Counted from the stretch's first letter, positions 29,501 through 39,396 are shown. The stretch: 64,000 nucleotides of DNA from a bacterium (GCA_049472315.1 JBLIRN010000001.1:1-64000); one strand, 5' to 3'. The notes: generated by a model from the sequence alone, not told the origin. Translations and numbers: made by a program.

Positions 29501-29544
29501 GGGCGGAACAGGCCCGAAAGAAGGTCAAGGCCGTGAAAAAATAG
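26491..29544 (+). CDS. Large exported TPR protein (~1017 aa)
   Basis: Signal peptide, then many CpoB-like TPR pairs (YPESP...A.Y..G). Confidence 0.88.
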   Translation: MRHCRKWCRILACAFTCMGMAAVMLAGARTVTCAEDILQLPEVIVLGRSVLKLKEERKEILPPEKVTGIKDIPDEKARHEETLAPAADKKAVAPDTPSSCCIFGSPIEKLFSHTILGDKGYYDLGRFKYQQGAYKEAFHLFLELGTRYPESPYLGKAYYWAAEAAFQTGDWDVASFYYRYITEHKPRSEFADYAFYSLGWIMDRQGDHEEAVRLFRALLFGYYQSPVREKAQFLLANVLYAMGSYKDAAQEYDLFIHTYAPSPLISEASFWKAESLFQAGDIEGARAAYQWFLTTFPEHPRIPMALYGLSWSLYAQQRYQEAHDLLPDFEDRFKDSALLPDILYLRGIILFSLQDFTEAAALFGETADRFPEHHLAERALFRQGWCLFRLSEHERAITVWLRMTQQFPRGEMRPIGVLMIAESLYNMGRFADAVPYYREAAEYLDIPDLSQLALFRLGQTYYRQEEYSLAIKAFSAYMEFFKDSAMRDQVFYWRGNTYFERGEYEKAAGDYRMVLDMPQADVKEQARFGLAWVFYSQEEWPRAEGEFKRFIKEYPHGEKRPEALFRLSECQYNQGAFKESQKTLERIIREYPSYPAMDKVYYRMVLVMARLEDQRNAIAFVNRLTAEYPESPLGAEARYRAGWIYFMMGRYRDALNEFRGIIEHHPDTPFVPMAMVKMGDSLYNLGDYQEAIRTYRDVIDAFPRSDSVKEAKYGIILCLDQLGDVEGYIRNAEEFWDRYRQDPLSETILFRLATTYEARKEWPQTLKVYQRLINHFPKGKWSALSLQKMAQIYQETGDVRMATGTLKTILFRYPDAEIASDAYLSLGRLYASEGDHDKALESLDQVIAKPHGEGKAAEAYLAKGDILHAMGETKKARDMYQTILDEFPESHVVARAHYALGRITTELGEYELSKEHFTKAVNAKDSTLRLRSIYDLAETYVLLKDYDNAVLELMKIVYLYSENGEWQAKAYYRIGQIYEMQGKRQEALNAYNQVIAIDAQGGTWAEQARKKVKAVKK

Positions 29545-29640
29545 GAAATAGAGGGTGATGCCGGGGTATTCTCACCGGCTTCGTTTGAGGGTTTTTACGT
29601 CAACACCACGTATAACAAGGCACACGACAAGGGGGAGACT

Positions 29641-30279
29641 ATGATCGATTACCTTATCAAGGGTGGGATTGTCATGATTCCCATTCTCGCATGTTCAGTG
29701 ATTGCACTGGCCATTGCCCTGGAGCGTTTCTATTCCCTGAGAGGAGTCAGGGTGCACCCGCCGGAGTTTGTCACAAAGATGAAAAAGGTGCTCAATGAGG
29801 GCAAGGCCCAGGAGGCTTTGGCCATCTGCTCCAACAGCGCATGGCCGGTTGCGCGGATCATGGAGGCGGGGATACTGAGGCGGGACCATGCACGGGAACA
29901 GATCAAGGAGGTTATTGAACATGCCGGGAAGAAGGAGGCGGATAAACTGCATAAGTACCTGGCTCCGCTCGCTACCATTGCCATCATCTCGCCCCTCCTG
30001 GGGCTTCTGGGGACGGTGACCGGCATGATAAAGGTGTTCGAGGTCATCTCTCTTCAGGGGGTAGGACATCCAACGGCACTGGCGTCAGGCATCTCCGAGG
30101 CACTGATCACCACTGCCGCAGGACTGATCGTCGCCATACCCACCCTGGTGGTGCACAACTACTTCCTGAAGAAGGCAAACGGCTATATCCTGGAGATGGA
30201 GAGCACCTCGATGGAGCTCCTGGATATACTCGAGGAGCATACCCCACTGCGTCAGCAGTCGGCAGGAGCAAGGCGATGA
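29641..30279 (+). CDS. exbB: MotA/TolQ/ExbB proton channel
   Basis: SPLLGLLGTVTGMI, GISEALITTAAGLIVAIP. Confidence 0.88.
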   Translation: MIDYLIKGGIVMIPILACSVIALAIALERFYSLRGVRVHPPEFVTKMKKVLNEGKAQEALAICSNSAWPVARIMEAGILRRDHAREQIKEVIEHAGKKEADKLHKYLAPLATIAIISPLLGLLGTVTGMIKVFEVISLQGVGHPTALASGISEALITTAAGLIVAIPTLVVHNYFLKKANGYILEMESTSMELLDILEEHTPLRQQSAGARR

Positions 30280-30695
30280 ACTTCTCCGACAACAATAATC
30301 ATCAGATCCTCCCCGAGATCAATATCGTCAGCCTGATCGACGTGGTGCTTCTGATGCTGATATTCTTCATGCTCACCACGAGCTTTGTATCCACCCCAGG
30401 GCTTCAGGTGAAGCTGCCCAAGGCATCATCGGACGTGGTCAAGGCCCACGACAGGATCGAGGTGCACATAACCAAGGAGGGACACATCTACCTCAATAAC
30501 ACCATGATGCGCCTTCCCGAATTGAAATCGACACTCGAGGCCAAGGCCAAGGAATCCGCAGAGCAGGTTTTGATCATCCATGCGGATGAAATGGCACGGC
30601 ATGGGCTGGTGGTGAAGGTCATGGATTATGCAAAGAGGGCGGGGATCGAAAATATGGCCATTGCCACGCAACCGGAGCTGGAGCAGAAGGGCTGA
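30276..30695 (+). CDS. exbD: ExbD/TolR protein
   Basis: INIVSLIDVVLLMLIFFM, VKLPKA, IIHAD. Confidence 0.88.
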   Translation: MNFSDNNNHQILPEINIVSLIDVVLLMLIFFMLTTSFVSTPGLQVKLPKASSDVVKAHDRIEVHITKEGHIYLNNTMMRLPELKSTLEAKAKESAEQVLIIHADEMARHGLVVKVMDYAKRAGIENMAIATQPELEQKG

Positions 30696-30704
30696 TCGGA
30701 GAGC

Positions 30705-31517
30705 ATGCGTTTCAGGCTTGTTTATGCCATTGCGATCTCCGTGCTCCTCCATGCGCTCGTCATTGGGACGTGGCCCAGGATGCAGCCGCCTCAGGCGCAG
30801 CGACCGTTGCGTCTTGCACGGGTGACCCTGATCGAGGAATACCCCCCGGGCACTGCACAGGCATTGGATACCCCGCTGCAGGGCGGGGTGACCACCCCTG
30901 ACCCGGCACCGGTTTCTTCGGATGTGCTCGACACGGGCAGGGTGGTGACCGAGCGGGTCATTGAGGCCATGGGCCCACGGCATTGGGAACGAGGCACCGA
31001 CCGGTATACCCTTCCCGTCATAACGATTCCAAAGCGCCCGGTTCTCCCTGACGAGCAGGAGTATGCCGCGGTATGGCCGGAGGAATTCGCCGAAGCGGAA
31101 CCTGCCGGCCGCCCGCCCTCAATGATTCCCCGCATGGACAGGGGAGACAAGGGCACCCCTCCCCGTGCCGTCGATGCACTCACCGGGGAGACACCATTGT
31201 CCGATGCCTTTCCCGAGGAGGAGGCGCCGTCATCTCCCTCCGATATCACATGGGAGGGGCCGCCGCGCAAATGGATTTCCAAGCCGCAGGACCTCCCCTC
31301 CTATCAGGGGGAGGAGGAAGGGCTCGTCAAGATCAGGTTCTGGGTCGACGAAAAGGGCATCGTGGTGAAGGCGATCCCCGTCCAGAAGCTGTCGGTGGAA
31401 TTGGAGGAAAAGGCGCTGCACTATATCTTTTCATGGCGTTTCGAACCCTCTCCCGGGGTTTCCCTTCAGGAGGGGATTATCCGCATCAACTTTAAATTGT
31501 TGACACCCGAGGGGTAA
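30705..31517 (+). CDS. tonB: TonB-family energy transducer
   Basis: TM with SVLLH motif, Pro-rich linker, C-terminal G.VKIRFWVDEKG.V...WRFEP. Confidence 0.8.
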   Translation: MRFRLVYAIAISVLLHALVIGTWPRMQPPQAQRPLRLARVTLIEEYPPGTAQALDTPLQGGVTTPDPAPVSSDVLDTGRVVTERVIEAMGPRHWERGTDRYTLPVITIPKRPVLPDEQEYAAVWPEEFAEAEPAGRPPSMIPRMDRGDKGTPPRAVDALTGETPLSDAFPEEEAPSSPSDITWEGPPRKWISKPQDLPSYQGEEEGLVKIRFWVDEKGIVVKAIPVQKLSVELEEKALHYIFSWRFEPSPGVSLQEGIIRINFKLLTPEG

Positions 31518-32008
31518 TGGCGACCATCTGCGCAGTAGTGAGCCGGTCCCCTGAACAGACCGGTAACGTGGGGGAACTCCTCGCGAGGCATCTTCAACCC
31601 GGTGATATTATCGCCTTTTTCGGCGAACTCGGTGCGGGAAAGACCTGCATGATCCAGGGGATCTGCAGGGGACTCGGGGTGCCGAAGAGGGCGTACATCA
31701 CGAGTCCCACCTTCGTTCTCATGAATCGATACCAGGGAAGGCTGCCCATATATCATTTCGATTTTTATCGACTCGCCTGCGAGGAGGAGATCATTGGTGT
31801 CGGGTACGAGGAATTCCTCTTCGGCGAAGGGGTATCCCTCATCGAATGGGCCGATCGTGCCGGTGACCTCCTCCCGGAGGAATGCATGCAGGTCAGGATG
31901 CAGGTGGCCTCGCCGACCGAACGAAGGATTGACATCTCCGCCGGGGGCGAGGGATACGAGAAACGCCTGTCCATGTGGCGCGCACTGACGGATGCCCTGA
32001 AGGAATAA
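31517..32008 (+). CDS. tsaE: t6A biosynthesis ATPase
   Basis: GELGAGKT, TSPTF, HFDFYRL, IEWA. Confidence 0.95.
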   Translation: MATICAVVSRSPEQTGNVGELLARHLQPGDIIAFFGELGAGKTCMIQGICRGLGVPKRAYITSPTFVLMNRYQGRLPIYHFDFYRLACEEEIIGVGYEEFLFGEGVSLIEWADRAGDLLPEECMQVRMQVASPTERRIDISAGGEGYEKRLSMWRALTDALKE

Positions 32009-32475
32009 AATCCCTTGAGGACCTTATTGATTCGAGACGATAGTCAAAAGGTGCTCAGCGCTTTTGATTTTGACATGGATCGCCTCGGGCAGACATAGTT
32101 GCTTCGACAAAACTTTGTGAGGCGGAGCGAAGCGACGCACTATGTTACTCTTTTCAATTACAAAAAAGGCGGCAAAAAGCCTCCCTATATCGCTTTGCAC
32201 TATGTCTGCCCGTGCCCCCGGCCCGAAGGGTACCATTGGAATTGCCGGACGCGTGTGCCTTGACTTTTTTCTCTGTGGTAGTAATCATAATGGAGCATGT
32301 GGGCATTCATCTCCTGTCCTCGGATGCGTATCGACCGTTACCTGTCTGGGTGACAGAAGAACCCTTGAGTATACGTCATGGTTGCATGAATCCTTGCGAG
32401 AAGAAATCCCTGTGCGCTATGATTTTACACCAGGTGTAGGGGCGTTGCTCATGAAAAGAAGAGAGGTGGAAAGAC

Positions 32476-32709
32476 ATGAAAATCATTAGGAGGATCGTGT
32501 ACGTCGTCGTCATCCTGCTTGTTTTCATTGCCTTCGTATTCTTCGGAGGGGGAGGCGTCCTGGTGAAAGTCGGTGAAAGCATGGAAAAGTGGGAGCTTTC
32601 CATGAAAAAGAGCATCGGCGGCTTCTGCAAGCAGGGTGAGAAGCGACTCAAGTCAAAGGCGGGAAAGGTCGCAAAGAAGCTCCCGAGCAGCAAGGATCTC
32701 ACCAACTAG
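32476..32709 (+). CDS. Small hypothetical membrane-anchored basic protein
   Basis: GAGGTG RBS, single TM, stop overlaps ispG start. Confidence 0.65.
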   Translation: MKIIRRIVYVVVILLVFIAFVFFGGGGVLVKVGESMEKWELSMKKSIGGFCKQGEKRLKSKAGKVAKKLPSSKDLTN

Positions 32710-33785
32710 TGAACATCGAGCGGAGAACAACCAGACGGATCCGGGTGCGGGATGTCCCTGTGGGCGGCGGTGCACCCATATCAATACAGTCCATGACCAA
32801 AACAGACACCAGGGATGTGTCTTCGACCCTTGCCCAGATAAAATCCCTGGCGGATGCCGGGTGTGAAATCATACGGGTGTCCGTGCCTGATCGGGAGTCG
32901 GCGGAATCAATCGGGGCGATCAGCAATTCCTCTCCGATCCCCGTTATAGCGGATTGCCATTTCGATCATCGGCTCGCCCTCGAGGCCCTTCGCCAGGGTG
33001 TCGACGGCATTCGAATAAATCCGGGAAACATCGGTGCCAAGGATCGGGTGGCGGCGATCATCCGCGAGGCCAAGGCACGCCAGGTTCCCATCCGGATCGG
33101 GGTCAATGCCGGCTCATTGGAACGGGATATCCATGAACGGTTCGGGGGGGTGACCCCGGAGGCCCTTGTTGAAAGTGCATTGAGGCACATTGCCCTCTTC
33201 GAGTCGGAGGGATTCGATCAGATCAAGATCTCCCTGAAGTCCTCCCACGTGGGGGTGACCATCGATGCCTACCGCCTGATGGCGGAAAAGACACACTATC
33301 CCCTTCACCTCGGTCTCACCGAGGCGGGCGGCCCCTTCAGCGCCCCTATAAAGTCCGCCGTCACCATGGGGATCCTGCTTGCAGAGGGAATCGGGGACAC
33401 CATCCGGGTTTCCATTACCGGCGACCCTCTGATCGAGGTGAGGGCGGGATTCGAAATACTTCGCGCCTTAGACATTCGTCGCAGGGGGGTGGAGGTCGTT
33501 TCCTGCCCCACCTGTGCCCGGTGCAAAATAGACCTTTTCGGATTGGCCCGGCAGATCGAGGCGGCGGTCGCCGCCATGACGATTCCCCTGCGCGTAGCGG
33601 TTATGGGATGCGTGGTGAACGGTCCGGGCGAGGCCAGGGATGCGGACGTCGGGGTTGCAGGCGGAGCGGGCAAGGGGGTGATCTTCCGCAAAGGGGAGAT
33701 CGTCCGGTCGGTCAAGGAGGGGGAACTGGTTCAGGCATTGCTCGCCGAGATACAGGGGATTATCGGCGGGATTGACAAGGGGTGA
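32709..33785 (+). CDS. ispG: HMBPP synthase (GcpE)
   Basis: IQSMT, RINPGNIG, RIGVNAGSL, HLGLTEAG, SCPTCAR, GCVVNGPGE. Confidence 0.97.
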   Translation: MNIERRTTRRIRVRDVPVGGGAPISIQSMTKTDTRDVSSTLAQIKSLADAGCEIIRVSVPDRESAESIGAISNSSPIPVIADCHFDHRLALEALRQGVDGIRINPGNIGAKDRVAAIIREAKARQVPIRIGVNAGSLERDIHERFGGVTPEALVESALRHIALFESEGFDQIKISLKSSHVGVTIDAYRLMAEKTHYPLHLGLTEAGGPFSAPIKSAVTMGILLAEGIGDTIRVSITGDPLIEVRAGFEILRALDIRRRGVEVVSCPTCARCKIDLFGLARQIEAAVAAMTIPLRVAVMGCVVNGPGEARDADVGVAGGAGKGVIFRKGEIVRSVKEGELVQALLAEIQGIIGGIDKG

Positions 33786-33787
33786 AC

Positions 33788-34159
33788 ATGTACAGACTTA
33801 CGGTGGAATCGGGTTTTGCGTCGGCCCATCAGCTCAGGGAATACGAGGGGAAGTGTGAAAGGCTCCATGGACACAACTGGCGCGTCCAGGTGACGGTGAA
33901 GACCGAACGGTTGAACAGGATCGGTATCGGCATCGATTTCAAGCTCATGAAGACATGGCTCAACGAGATCCTTTCCGTGCTCGATCATGCCTTCCTGAAT
34001 GAGGTTCCGCCGTTTACCCTGCAAAACCCCTCGTCGGAAAATCTTGCACGGTATATATTTGAGGAATTTGAAAAGAGGATTGAAGGTGAGCCCGTGCAGG
34101 TGGAATGGGTGAGGGTGTGGGAGTCGGCCGGTGCGTGCGCGCAATACAGCGAAGAATAG
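33788..34159 (+). CDS. queD: 6-Carboxytetrahydropterin synthase
   Basis: FASAHQL, CERLHGHNW, DHAFLN, PSSENLA, VWES. Confidence 0.93.
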   Translation: MYRLTVESGFASAHQLREYEGKCERLHGHNWRVQVTVKTERLNRIGIGIDFKLMKTWLNEILSVLDHAFLNEVPPFTLQNPSSENLARYIFEEFEKRIEGEPVQVEWVRVWESAGACAQYSEE

Positions 34160-34249
34160 AGACATTCGGCCCCGATTATGCTTTACTTTATTGCAGCAGT
34201 GTGATACATTTATTAATTGTATTTTGCATAAGAAAGGAGGTTTAGAGCG

Positions 34250-34519
34250 ATGACACTCGCCAAGGAACAAAAACAAGAACTCATCAACACCTATAAGCTT
34301 CATGAGCAGGATACAGGGTCACCGGAGGTGCAGATTGCCATATTGAGCGGCAGGATATCGTATCTGACCGAGCATTTCAAGGTACACAAGAAGGATCATC
34401 ATTCCCGCAGGGGGCTCCTCAAGCTGGTCGGTCAGCGTCGCAGGCTTTTGAATTATCTCAAGGACAAGGACATGGGTCGATATAAGACGATTATCGACAG
34501 GCTGGGCCTCAGAAAATAG
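34250..34519 (+). CDS. rpsO: 30S ribosomal protein S15
   Basis: [21 protein letters not shown]. Confidence 0.98.
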   Translation: MTLAKEQKQELINTYKLHEQDTGSPEVQIAILSGRISYLTEHFKVHKKDHHSRRGLLKLVGQRRRLLNYLKDKDMGRYKTIIDRLGLRK

Positions 34520-34551
34520 GATGGAGGAAAGGGACGTGGAGGTAAGTGTAC

Positions 34552-36789
34552 ATGGTTGAAATGCTTGAAATGGAATTCGGCGGAAGGACGTTGACCATCA
34601 CCACCGGGCTGATGGCGAAGCAGGCGAACGGGTCGGCAACAGTCAGATACGGGGACACGGTGGTGCTGGTAAGCGCGGTGAGCGCCAAGGAGGGCAGGGA
34701 GGGGATTGATTTTTTCCCCCTGACCGTCAATTATATGGAAAAATCATATGCAGCGGGAAAGATTCCGGGAGGATTCTTCAAGCGAGAGGGAAGGCCCGGA
34801 GAAAAGGAAACCCTCACCGCACGGTTGATCGATCGTCCCATCCGTCCCCTTTTCCCAAAGGGATTTTCAAAGGAGACCCAGGTCATCGCCATGGTGCTCT
34901 CCGCCGACCAGGAGAATGACCCGGATTTCCTCTCCCTGATCGGCGCCTCCTGCGCACTCCATATCTCCTCCATCCCCTTTCTGGAGCCGGTGGGCGCAGT
35001 CAGGGTCGGGATGATCGGGGACGAATTCATCGTCAATCCGACCTATACACAGCTCGAGGAGAGCAGCATCAACATCATTGTCGCCGGCACAAGGGATGCG
35101 GTCACCATGGTCGAGGGAATGGCCAAGGAGGTGTCCGAAGAGGTGATGCTGGGTGCCATATTCTTCGCTCATGAGCAGTTTCAGCCCATTATCGACCTGC
35201 AGGAGCGGCTGAGGGAAAAGGTCGGCCTGGCCAAGCAAGAGGTGGAGGAGAAATCGATCGATTCCGGCCTTGTCGAAAAGGTGCGGGAATTTGCCGGCCC
35301 GCTCATCGAGGAGGGGATCTTCATTCCAGGAAAGCTGGAACGAAGCTGCAGGCTTGCCGAGATCACCGATCAGGCGCTCGAACAATTCGCCTCCGACGAG
35401 GAGGATCAGGAGACCCGGCGTGCGGTCAAGACCGTCGTCGAGGACGTCATCAAGGAGATCGCCCGCACCCAGATCCTTTCACATAAGAAAAGACCGGACG
35501 GGAGGGCCTGGGATGTAATAAGGCCCATTGATTCCCGCGTGGCGATTCTGCCCAGGACGCATGGCTCAGCCCTTTTCACGAGGGGGGAGACCCAGGCGCT
35601 GGCCATTGCAACCCTCGGCACCCCCGAGGATGAAAAAAAGATCGATGACCTGCTGGGCGAGCGGTACAAGAGCTTTATGCTCCATTACAACTTCCCGCCC
35701 TTCAGCGTGGGTGAGGTGAAGTTTCTGGGATCCCCGGGGCGCAGGGAGATCGGGCATGGTGTCCTGGCCGAACGGGCCATTCAGGCCGTGATCCCCTCTC
35801 AGGAGATCTTCCCCTATACGATCCGCATCGTGTCCGATGTCCTGGAATCGAACGGCTCATCATCCATGGCCTCGGTGTGCGGCGGCACCCTCTCCCTCAT
35901 GGACGCCGGGGTTCCTATACGGTCACCTGTCGCGGGGATTGCCATGGGACTGGTAAAGGAGGGGGATGAATTCGCCATCCTGAGCGATATCATGGGAATG
36001 GAGGACCACCTGGGGGATATGGATTTCAAGGTGGCCGGTACCCGTGAGGGAATCACCGCCTTCCAGATGGATGTGAAGATCGCGGGGGTGACCAAGGAGA
36101 TCATGGCCCAGGCCCTCACGCAGGCGCGGGAGGGCAGGATGACCATCCTGGACAAGATGATGGAGGCGCTGGCGAGCCCCAGGCCGAATATCTCGCAGTA
36201 CGCACCAAAGATCCTCTTCGTCCAGATCCCCAAGGAAAAGATAGGACTGGTCATCGGCCCCGGCGGGAAGACCATCCGTGGGCTCATTGACCAGACCGGG
36301 GTGAAGATCGATATCGACGACGAAGGGAAGGTCACCATCTCCTCCACTGAGGAGGACAAGAACAAGGAGGCCCGGGACCGGATACTCGCCCTTATCGAGG
36401 AACCGGAGGTCGGGAAGGTGTACGAAGGGGTGGTGAAGAAGATCTGCGAGTTCGGGGCCTTCGTCGAAATCCTCCCCAGCACCGACGGGCTTCTCCACAA
36501 AACGGAGATCAGTTACAACTTCGTACGACGAGTGGAGGACGAGCTCAAGGATGGCGACAAGATCCAGGTCAAGGTCATCGACATCGATCCCGAAGGCAAG
36601 GTGAAACTGAGTCACAAGGAGCTCCTCCCCAAGCCGGAGGGGTATGTTCCTCCCCCTCCCCATCATCGCCCCCCGCGTCACGATGACAGGGATCGTCGTT
36701 ACGACCGGGGCAGACCCTCGCACTCCAGGGATGGAGGGCGATTCCGGCAGGATCGCGATCCACGCCGCGGCGGCGGGGGACGCCATTGA
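34552..36789 (+). CDS. pnp: Polyribonucleotide nucleotidyltransferase
   Basis: GKIPGGFFKREG, RTHGSALFTRGETQ, ESNGSSSMAS, GDMDFKVAG, KH and S1 domains. Confidence 0.98.
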   Translation: MVEMLEMEFGGRTLTITTGLMAKQANGSATVRYGDTVVLVSAVSAKEGREGIDFFPLTVNYMEKSYAAGKIPGGFFKREGRPGEKETLTARLIDRPIRPLFPKGFSKETQVIAMVLSADQENDPDFLSLIGASCALHISSIPFLEPVGAVRVGMIGDEFIVNPTYTQLEESSINIIVAGTRDAVTMVEGMAKEVSEEVMLGAIFFAHEQFQPIIDLQERLREKVGLAKQEVEEKSIDSGLVEKVREFAGPLIEEGIFIPGKLERSCRLAEITDQALEQFASDEEDQETRRAVKTVVEDVIKEIARTQILSHKKRPDGRAWDVIRPIDSRVAILPRTHGSALFTRGETQALAIATLGTPEDEKKIDDLLGERYKSFMLHYNFPPFSVGEVKFLGSPGRREIGHGVLAERAIQAVIPSQEIFPYTIRIVSDVLESNGSSSMASVCGGTLSLMDAGVPIRSPVAGIAMGLVKEGDEFAILSDIMGMEDHLGDMDFKVAGTREGITAFQMDVKIAGVTKEIMAQALTQAREGRMTILDKMMEALASPRPNISQYAPKILFVQIPKEKIGLVIGPGGKTIRGLIDQTGVKIDIDDEGKVTISSTEEDKNKEARDRILALIEEPEVGKVYEGVVKKICEFGAFVEILPSTDGLLHKTEISYNFVRRVEDELKDGDKIQVKVIDIDPEGKVKLSHKELLPKPEGYVPPPPHHRPPRHDDRDRRYDRGRPSHSRDGGRFRQDRDPRRGGGGRH

Positions 36790-38066
36790 GCCCGGAGGAA
36801 TTCACGGGCCAGTACCGGGAATCGACCCTGGAGAACGGCATGCGGGTGGTCACCGAGCGCCTCCCTTTTGTGCGTTCCGTGGCCTTCGGCTTCTGGATCG
36901 TCGGGGGGTCCAGGGTTGAACCGCAGCCGGTGAACGGGATCACCCATTTCATCGAGCATATGCTCTTCAAGGGCACCAAAAGCCGTTCAGCCCGCGATAT
37001 CGCCATTGAAATCGATTCCATGGGCGGTCACCTCGATGCCTTCACCTCGCGGGAATACACCTGCTTTCTGGCAAACTGTCTCGATGAAAACCTTCCCAAG
37101 GCCATGGACCTCGTGATCGACATCCTTTTGAATCCCCTCTTTCCCGAGGATGAGCTGGAGCGGGAAAGGGCGGTGATACTTGAGGAGATCCGGTCCATCG
37201 AGGATACCCCGGACGATTACATCCATGATCTCCTGACCCAGGGATTCTGGCAGGGGCATCCCCTGGGAAGGCCGATCATCGGGGTGCGGTCCACGGTGGG
37301 ATCCCTGTCCTGCCCCATCCTGAGGGATTACTACAAAAAGGCATACCAGCCCCAGGAGATCATACTGGCTGCAGCCGGGAATCTGGACCACGAACAATTC
37401 GTGGACATGGTGCGCGACGCCATCCCCGCTGCGCAGGACTCCCATTCATTCGCCATGGAACCGCCGCCCGGTATTGTCCCCCACATTGCGGTGAAGGAGA
37501 AGGAACTGGAGCAGGTGCACATCTGCCTGGGAACCGCAGGTCTGTCCCAGACGGATGATGCGCGATACGCCGGATACCTCCTCAATACCATACTGGGAAG
37601 CGGCTTGAGCTCCCGCCTCTTTCAGACCATCCGCGAGGAAAGAGGGCTCGCCTACGCGGTCTATTCATACTGGTCCTCGTACCGGGACGCCGGGATGCTG
37701 GTGGTATACGCCGGAACGAAAAAGGAGAGCGCGGAAGAGGTGACGGATTTGATTCTTAAGGAGTTCCGGAGGCTCAAGGAACACGATGTGCCGGATGACG
37801 AGCTGAACAAGGCTCAGAATCAGCTCAAGGGAAATATGATGCTCGGGCTTGAAAGCACCATCAATCGCATGAGCAGGCTTGCCAAGCAGGAGATGTACTT
37901 CGGGCGGCATTTCACCCTCAACGAGACATTGGAGGCCATCGAGCGGGTCACCGGTGCGGACATTGCAGCACTTGCAAATCGGATCATGGATACACAATAT
38001 CTCAATCTGGCCACCATCGGGCCCCTGAACGGGATTTCGATCGGGAAAAGGCCCCTGACCTGTTGA
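36786..38066 (+). CDS. M16-family zinc peptidase
   Basis: Inverted zinc motif HFIEH, SSRLFQ.IREERGLAY; typical position after pnp. Confidence 0.93.
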   Translation: MSPEEFTGQYRESTLENGMRVVTERLPFVRSVAFGFWIVGGSRVEPQPVNGITHFIEHMLFKGTKSRSARDIAIEIDSMGGHLDAFTSREYTCFLANCLDENLPKAMDLVIDILLNPLFPEDELERERAVILEEIRSIEDTPDDYIHDLLTQGFWQGHPLGRPIIGVRSTVGSLSCPILRDYYKKAYQPQEIILAAAGNLDHEQFVDMVRDAIPAAQDSHSFAMEPPPGIVPHIAVKEKELEQVHICLGTAGLSQTDDARYAGYLLNTILGSGLSSRLFQTIREERGLAYAVYSYWSSYRDAGMLVVYAGTKKESAEEVTDLILKEFRRLKEHDVPDDELNKAQNQLKGNMMLGLESTINRMSRLAKQEMYFGRHFTLNETLEAIERVTGADIAALANRIMDTQYLNLATIGPLNGISIGKRPLTC

Positions 38067-38076
38067 TACAAGGCGT

Positions 38077-38526
38077 ATGCATAGACTCAACATTTCCATC
38101 AAACGACTCGCAGGGAACCATGACATCCCCTATCCAACCTATATGACCTCGCATGCATCGGGGATGGACATCTTTGCAGCAGTACCACAGACCGTTAGCA
38201 TACAACCGGGGGAACGGGCGGTAATCCCCACCGGTATCGCCATTGCGATCCCCACCGGGTACGAGGCACAGATACGCCCCCGGAGCGGGCTGGCGCTCAA
38301 GCACGGCATCGGTCTTCTGAACACCCCCGGCACCATCGATGCGGATTACCGGGGTGAGATACGGGTCATCCTCATCAATCTCGGGCACCTGCCGTTTGAG
38401 GTCAAACGGGGGGACCGGATCGCTCAGATGGTCATTCAACCGGTCATCACTGCATCCTGGGAAGAGGTGAGCGACCTGCCCGATTCCGAGAGGATGGAGG
38501 GCGGATTCGGCCATACCGGAACCTGA
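38077..38526 (+). CDS. dut: dUTPase
   Basis: RPRSGLA, PGTIDADYRGE, RIAQM, GGFGHTG. Confidence 0.97.
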   Translation: MHRLNISIKRLAGNHDIPYPTYMTSHASGMDIFAAVPQTVSIQPGERAVIPTGIAIAIPTGYEAQIRPRSGLALKHGIGLLNTPGTIDADYRGEIRVILINLGHLPFEVKRGDRIAQMVIQPVITASWEEVSDLPDSERMEGGFGHTGT

Positions 38527-38552
38527 ACGCCGCAGGGAGGGGGGAGCGGGGA

Positions 38553-39359
38553 GTGAAGATCTGTGTATTGGGAAGCGGGAGTTCCGGCAACGCCACGCTG
38601 GTGGCGTCAGCCAGGGCCAGGGTGCTTGTCGATGCGGGATTCAGTTGCCGGGAGATTGTGCGGCGGCTCTCCTCGATAGGGATCAGCCCCGAGGATCTGC
38701 ACGGGGTCGTAGTATCCCATGAGCACACAGACCACCTGAGGGGGCTGGAGACCCTCAGCAAGCGGCTCGACATCCCCATATACCTCAGCCGGGGGACATG
38801 GGACGCCATCAGGCATGACAAGGGGAGCCGGTTCAGGAACGTGCGCACCTTTTCCCCGGGCAAACAGTTCGACATCGAGGATATTACGTTCGAATCCTTC
38901 TCCGTGCTCCATGACGCCGCCGATCCGGTCGGCTTCTGCATCCACAGCGGAGGGGCAAAGCTGGGGGTGGCGACCGACCTGGGAAAAACCACGCACCTGG
39001 TGAGGGAATCCCTCCGAGGGTCCCATTGCCTCATACTCGAATCGAACCACGATCCCGGCATGCTGGTGCGCGGCCCCTATCCATGGTGGCTCAAGCAGCG
39101 GATCAAGGGAATGTTCGGGCACCTCTCCAACGAGGATTCCTCCTCCCTCCTATCGGACCTCTTGCACAGCGATCTCAGCCACGTGGTGCTGGCGCACCTG
39201 AGCCAGGTCAACAACCAGGAGGAGATGGCACATCTCAACGCCCTGCGGGTGCTCCGGGAAAAGGACTGTCACCACATTCAGGTCCGGGTCGCCGGGCAGG
39301 ACTGTGTCACCGATCCCATTCTCGTGGGCGAGGACGCGCAGCAATCGGGGTGTTGTTGA
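38553..39359 (+). CDS. MBL-fold hydrolase (YycJ/WalJ-like)
   Basis: GSGSSGN, SHEHTDH, HDA, TDLG, ESNHD, GHLSN. Confidence 0.88.
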   Translation: MKICVLGSGSSGNATLVASARARVLVDAGFSCREIVRRLSSIGISPEDLHGVVVSHEHTDHLRGLETLSKRLDIPIYLSRGTWDAIRHDKGSRFRNVRTFSPGKQFDIEDITFESFSVLHDAADPVGFCIHSGGAKLGVATDLGKTTHLVRESLRGSHCLILESNHDPGMLVRGPYPWWLKQRIKGMFGHLSNEDSSSLLSDLLHSDLSHVVLAHLSQVNNQEEMAHLNALRVLREKDCHHIQVRVAGQDCVTDPILVGEDAQQSGCC

Positions 39360-39396
39360 GCAATTATTGCGGATTGAATAACTATCGGGGGACAGG

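Noticed and set aside
32009..32475. ncRNA, riboswitch or the 115-aa ORF in the tsaE-ispG gap
   Set aside because: No recognisable RNA motif, and the ORF is not protein-like; cannot be supported without a covariance search.
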